Position numbers and translations under genes: made by a program. From NCBI GenBank assembly GCA_963801815.1, contig CAWDGJ010000003.1, forward strand, positions 320,001-384,000: 64,000 nucleotides of DNA, read 5' to 3'. Positions within the stretch are counted from its first letter, which is position 1, and every line of letters begins with the position of its first letter. The notes below the pieces were generated by a model. That model was not told the origin of the DNA. It saw only the letters and a list, made by a program, of their open reading frames with translations, and did no database searches. Below, one piece after another: positions 59,477-64,000 of this stretch. This stretch comes from an uncultured Verrucomicrobiae bacterium. GTDB lineage: Bacteria; Verrucomicrobiota; Verrucomicrobiia; Chthoniobacterales; UBA10450.

Positions 59477-60601
59477 CTACAGCATCAGGGCCATGAGCTG
59501 GTTGCGGCTGGAGACTTCGAGTTTACGGAAAACGGCATAAAGATGCTTCTTTACCGTCGGCACGCTCAGACATGCCGCGTCGGCGATCTCCTGGTTGCTT
59601 TGTCCATTACAAACCAGGCGCGTGAGTTCCTGCTCGCGCACGGTGAGGCGAGCCAGATGTGGCAAACGCATGATCGATGGCTCTTCGAAACGGCGTGAAT
59701 CCGTGCACTCAATCAGAAAATGAGGGCGCGCCACGGCATCGTTGAGTTGTTTAAGATGAATTGTCGCTCGCAGATCAGGTGATGTCGCATGACACACTTG
59801 TTTCAATTGAAGATTTTCCCAGCGCATGCCAGGGCGTTGGGTCCGCATCCATTCGTGTTTGAGCTGCCGACATTCATTCACAATCTCCACCGGGACCGGT
59901 GACTTAGCATTCACTCGCCGCGCTTCCTTTCCTTTCTCCCAAGTTGCGCAAAATTCGCGCGCGGCCGGATTTTGGAAAAGCAATCTGAGGTTCCAGCGCA
60001 GCAGGATTGTCGGCAGCGGCAATCGTCGCACGAATTCTTCGAGCTCCAGTCGCACCATGCGTTCGCGTTCGAGCGAAAGCAGCCGGCGGAGGGCGATCGA
60101 GAACTGCTGATAAAGCTGGCGCAGTAATCTCCTTTCCATCGCTGAGAGATCGCCCTGTGCCGGTGTGCGCATGATTACCATCGCCGAGATCAGTCGCCGC
60201 TGCTGCCAGAAGAACAGGCAAATCGCGTGCGCGCATTTTTGAGGTGCGATGCATCGGCGATAGACGGGCGATCTTGTAAAAGCGCGTCGATTCGAAAACA
60301 AGTCCGCGATTCGCACGATCTTCTTACGCGGCTGGGCATCGAGAAATTTCTTGAGCGGTTGCGTGACGAAGAAACCAGCCGGCATCGGCAATGTCCATCT
60401 CACGTGCAATGGCATAATCGGGCTGTGTTGCAGGGCCACCCCAAAGATTCGATTCGGAATTACGGCATCGAGCAACGTCCGGACGGACCTACAGAACGAT
60501 TCCATATCCATCGCCGCGTGAAGATCGAGCAGGTATTTTTCGATTGCCGGATCGATTAACAATCCGTCCCTTAATTCGACTGCCAAGTCCGGCCTCATCA
60601 C
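59477..60601 (-). CDS. LuxR-family C-terminal HTH transcriptional regulator
   Basis: LTVREQELTRLVCNGQSNQEIADAACLSVPTVKKHLYAVFRKLEVSSR. Confidence 0.85.
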   Translation of the reverse strand: MMRPDLAVELRDGLLIDPAIEKYLLDLHAAMDMESFCRSVRTLLDAVIPNRIFGVALQHSPIMPLHVRWTLPMPAGFFVTQPLKKFLDAQPRKKIVRIADLFSNRRAFTRSPVYRRCIAPQKCAHAICLFFWQQRRLISAMVIMRTPAQGDLSAMERRLLRQLYQQFSIALRRLLSLERERMVRLELEEFVRRLPLPTILLRWNLRLLFQNPAAREFCATWEKGKEARRVNAKSPVPVEIVNECRQLKHEWMRTQRPGMRWENLQLKQVCHATSPDLRATIHLKQLNDAVARPHFLIECTDSRRFEEPSIMRLPHLARLTVREQELTRLVCNGQSNQEIADAACLSVPTVKKHLYAVFRKLEVSSRNQLMALML

Positions 60602-60752
60602 CCACTACGTTGTCGGCGCGGTGTCCGTTTACCGCCCGAGTTAGGCTGCGCCCGACCGATCAATCGCGAGAACAAAGATCAAACCAAAGTTACCTCGCAA
60701 TCACCTGACAACGCGCAACTGTTCACGTTAGAAAAAGAAAGGAACATCGCAA

Positions 60753-61025
60753 ATGAAACTACAAGTAAATGTGCCGGTAAGCGGTTTGGACCTCGCAGCC
60801 CTGCTGCAGGGTGAAGAAGGGTTCTTCCTCTGCCAAAACAGAGGACAGAACTACATCACGGTGGCCAAGAGCGGTCACTCGATTGCCTTTGGGCCAACGC
60901 CGATCGGACGAATAATCCAGGAGCAACCCTCGCTGAGCGTCGGTCCCGAGCCCTGGTACGTCACCAAGATCAGCAACTCGACTGAGTTTGCTGATTTTCG
61001 CACTACGCGGAGGTCCGTCGAATAG
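60753..61025 (+). CDS. Small hypothetical protein
   Basis: AAAGGA RBS, 90-aa ORF, followed by a terminator. Confidence 0.65.
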   Translation: MKLQVNVPVSGLDLAALLQGEEGFFLCQNRGQNYITVAKSGHSIAFGPTPIGRIIQEQPSLSVGPEPWYVTKISNSTEFADFRTTRRSVE

Positions 61026-61066
61026 ACAGGCGCGCTCAACAGAGCGAAAACGGTTAAGAAAAATCG

Positions 61067-61105
61067 AAGCCCTGGTGGGAAAAACTCATCGGGGCTTTTT
61101 GTTTT
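61067..61105 (+). terminator. Rho-independent terminator
   Basis: AAGCCCTGGTGGG-aaaaa-CTCATCGGGGCTT followed by a T-rich tract. Confidence 0.7.
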
Positions 61106-61163
61106 GCGTTACTTCGTGTTCTTCATTTCGAGCACTTTGACGAGAAAAGCCGCGGTTAATTTA

Positions 61164-61191
61164 TTGACTGTTCATTTGAATCATTTAAAAT
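61164..61191 (+). promoter_or_regulatory. Sigma70-type promoter of the toxin-antitoxin operon
   Basis: TTGACT-N16-TAAAAT, with the GTG start 6 nt downstream. Confidence 0.55.
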
Positions 61192-61197
61192 GCTCAA

Positions 61198-61668
61198 GTG
61201 AGCAAATCGAGGTCATCTGCGAAACGCCGCATTGTCCGTGAACAGCCGGCGCGGCGTTATGCTGGAAAGGGAATGACGTTACTGGCGCGAAAACACATCG
61301 AGCCGAGCGAAGCGATCAAACACATCACGAAGGGTTTGCCATTCACCGAGCTCGAGCATCTACGCGGCGAACTGGACGAACCACTCGACTCGTTAGCGCG
61401 CCAACTCTCGATGTCACGATCGACATTGCAACGCCGTAAGACCGAACGCCGTCTTTCGCCTGAAGAATCCGATCGGGTGATGCGGTTCTGGCGGATTGTT
61501 CAGTACGCCAAGAAACTTTTCGGGACTGTTGAGCGCGCACGGCAATGGCTGAAGTTCCCGCAATTCGGTCTCGGTGGTGCGGTTCCGCTTGAGTTTGCAA
61601 AGACCGAGGTAGGCGCGCGTGAGGTGGAGGACCTGCTCGGTCGAATTGACTACAGTGTTTATTCCTAG
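61198..61668 (+). CDS. Xre/MbcA/ParS-type antitoxin
   Basis: HTH (MSRSTLQRRK), LSPEESDR, ARQWL.FP..GLGG..PL...TEVGAREVEDLLGRI. Confidence 0.9.
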   Translation: MSKSRSSAKRRIVREQPARRYAGKGMTLLARKHIEPSEAIKHITKGLPFTELEHLRGELDEPLDSLARQLSMSRSTLQRRKTERRLSPEESDRVMRFWRIVQYAKKLFGTVERARQWLKFPQFGLGGAVPLEFAKTEVGAREVEDLLGRIDYSVYS

Positions 61669-61671
61669 CCG

Positions 61672-62136
61672 ATGGCCTCGGCTTGGCGAATCGTTCGCGC
61701 TACGCGTGCTCCGACCGCGTTCACTGGCGAGGGCAGCCGCTTTTCTCCAGGCCGGTGGAATTCGCGCGGGAAAGCAATGATTTATCTCAGTGAGCACGAA
61801 TCGCTTGCTGCACTTGAGATCCTCGTTCACACGAAACCGCTCTCGCCAACGGAACGCTATTTCTCATTTCGGGTCGAGTGGCCTGATGAGCTGACAGAAT
61901 ATTTTTCTGCAAAAAAGCTTCCTCTCAATTGGAATGCGCAGCCGCCGACCATTGCCAGTCGTGCAATCGGTGATCACTGGCTCGACAAAGGACGTTCTCT
62001 CGCGCTCGCGGTTCCGACCCTGCTCAGCACCAGCGAGCTGAACTTTCTCCTGAATCCGGCCCATTCGGATTTCAAGAAAATCAAAATACGAAAGCCGGTT
62101 GAATACCGGTTCGATCCTCGATTTCATCATCGCTGA
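61672..62136 (+). CDS. RES-domain toxin (NAD+ phosphorylase family)
   Basis: WRI, GEGSR..PGRWNSRG, IYLS, LAALEILVH, NFLLNPAH, FDPR. Confidence 0.9.
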   Translation: MASAWRIVRATRAPTAFTGEGSRFSPGRWNSRGKAMIYLSEHESLAALEILVHTKPLSPTERYFSFRVEWPDELTEYFSAKKLPLNWNAQPPTIASRAIGDHWLDKGRSLALAVPTLLSTSELNFLLNPAHSDFKKIKIRKPVEYRFDPRFHHR

Positions 62137-62147
62137 TTGATAAGTCG

Positions 62148-64000
62148 CTACTTCGCGATTTTCATCCCGAGTTCTTTGACCAGGAAGGCCCAGCGATCGG
62201 CGGTTTCGTCAATTATCTTGGTCGTGGGTTTGCCAGCGCCGTGGCCGGCTTTGGTTTCGATCCGGATGAGCGTGGGTTTGTCGCAACCTTGCGCGGCTTG
62301 CAAGGTCGCCGCGAACTTGAAACTGTGCGCCGGCACAACGCGATCGTCGTGATCGGCGGTTGTGATTAACGTTGACGGATAACAACAGTCCTTCGCGATG
62401 TGATGAAGCGGTGAGTAGGCATAAAGATATGCGAAAGTCATCCGCGTTTCTGCGCGCTGCCGTAGTCGGAAGTCCAGGCCCAGCCGATGGTGAACTTCTC
62501 GAACCGCAGCATGTCCATCACCCCGACCGCCGGCAGCGTGGCGCCGTAAAGATCGGGCCGTTGGGTCAGGCACGCGCCGACCAGCAAGCCCGCCGTTACT
62601 GCCGCCGCCGATCGCGAGTTTCGGCGTCGACGTATATTTGTTGTCGATCAGGTACTGGGCCGCGGCGATGAAATCGTCGAACACGTTTTGTTTCACGTGC
62701 AGCATTCCGGCTTCGTGCCATTTCTCGCCGTACTCGCCGCCGCCGCGCAGATTCGCGACCGCATAAATTCCGCCCATTTCCATCCAGACCAGGTTCGCCG
62801 GGCTGAAAACGATGGCGTGATGGAGATATCGAATCCGCCGTAGCCGTAAAGATATGTCGGATTCTGGCCGTCGCGTCTTCATTCCCTTTTTGTAGGAGAT
62901 GAACATCGGAACGCGCGTTCCATCGGCGCTCTTGTAGAAAGACCTGGTCGGTCGTGTAATCGTCCGGATTGAATTTTACTTTCGGTTTGAAAAGGACCTC
63001 GCTCGCGCGTTTGTCGAAATCGTAGCGAAAAATCTCGGTCGGCGTGGTGTAACTGGTGAACGAATAAAATGTCTCGCGATCTTTGGCCTTTCCGGTGAAA
63101 CCCGCCCGCAGTGCCAAGCGCCGGCAAGTCGATCTCGCCGTCGGCGGTGCCGTCACGCTTGAATAGTTTCACCGCGCTATGTGCGTCCTTGAGGTAAAGC
63201 GCGACGAAATGGTCGCCCGACACTGCTGACCGCTTCGAGTTTGTCTTTCGATTCCGGAACGAGCTCGGCAACTTTCGCCGGCAGCGGCTTGCAGGTGTTG
63301 ACGGCAATAATGCGGCCCAGCGGCGCGTTCAAATCGGTCTTGAACATGAAGATCGGTCCCTCGTTGTCGATGAAGCTGATACTCCGCGTCTGCTTGATCG
63401 AGCAGCTCGACCACGCTGGACTTCGGGTCGACAAGGTTCTTGTAGAAAATGCGGTTCTTCGGATCGGTGCCGCGCTGGACGGTGATGATGAGATAACGCC
63501 CGTCGTCGGTAACTTCGGCGTTAAAGAGCCACTCTTTCTGGTCGGGTCGCTCGTAAATTAGTTTGTCCTGCGATTGCGGTGTTCCGAGCTGGTGAAAGAA
63601 AAGTTTGTGATTGTAAACCTGCGCGCGGAGCTTGTTTTTCTCGTCCGGCTTGTCGTAACGGCTGTAAAAAAATCCGCTGCCGTCCTTCTTCCACGAAGCG
63701 TTTGAGAATTTCACCCAATCAATCAGATCTGTTCGATCCTTACCGGTCGCGACGTCGCGAACTTTCCATTGCTGCCAATCAGAGCCGCCAGTGGCAAGGC
63801 CGTAAGCCATTAGCCGGGAATCATCGGTGACGTCCATGCCACCAAGCGCGATCGTCCCATCCTTAGCCAGCGAATTCGGGTCGAGCAGTTCGCGAGGCTT
63901 CTCGGAAAAGCTTGCCGCAGTGTAGAGAACGTTTTGGTTTTGCAGGCCGCTATTCTTGGAAAAGAAGTAGTGGTCCTTCTCCTTGAAGGGAATTCCGAAG
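62148..64000 (-). pseudogene. Prolyl oligopeptidase (S9A), 3' part, with several frameshifts
   Basis: [27 protein letters not shown] (Ser), TADHDDRV (Asp), AGHGAGKP (His) spread over different frames; 5' end outside the window. Confidence 0.85.

Overview
A ~56% GC (visual estimate) bacterial chromosomal segment. Gene content and repeat families suggest Verrucomicrobiota, probably Chthoniobacterales/'Ca. Udaeobacter'-like (inference, no search run). Most genes are housekeeping: rimO, ftsK, queE, trpA, dapF-dapA-dapB-folK-panB, a type IV pilus/T2SS-like cluster, glmS, glgC, lpxD, class I aldolase, parA, udgX, serA, an RlmD-like methylase, tRNA-Ala(CGC) and tRNA-Arg(CCT). The most unusual block (30.4-39.8 kb) has an ACP-less FabF-like ketosynthase with altered catalytic histidines, translationally coupled to two sensor kinases, plus a divergent receiver-kinase hybrid and a compact orphan PEARL-like (peptide aminoacyl-tRNA ligase) gene. 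Other signals are a 143/144-bp tandem array anchored on the tRNA-Arg 3' end, six helically phased ACAGTT boxes upstream of a GntR-like gene, palindromic repeat elements read in-frame in rimO and a pilin leader, a recurrent TAnnnT-6nt-start (leaderless) signature, and an Xre/RES toxin-antitoxin pair. Three genes are frameshifted, which may reflect assembly indels.
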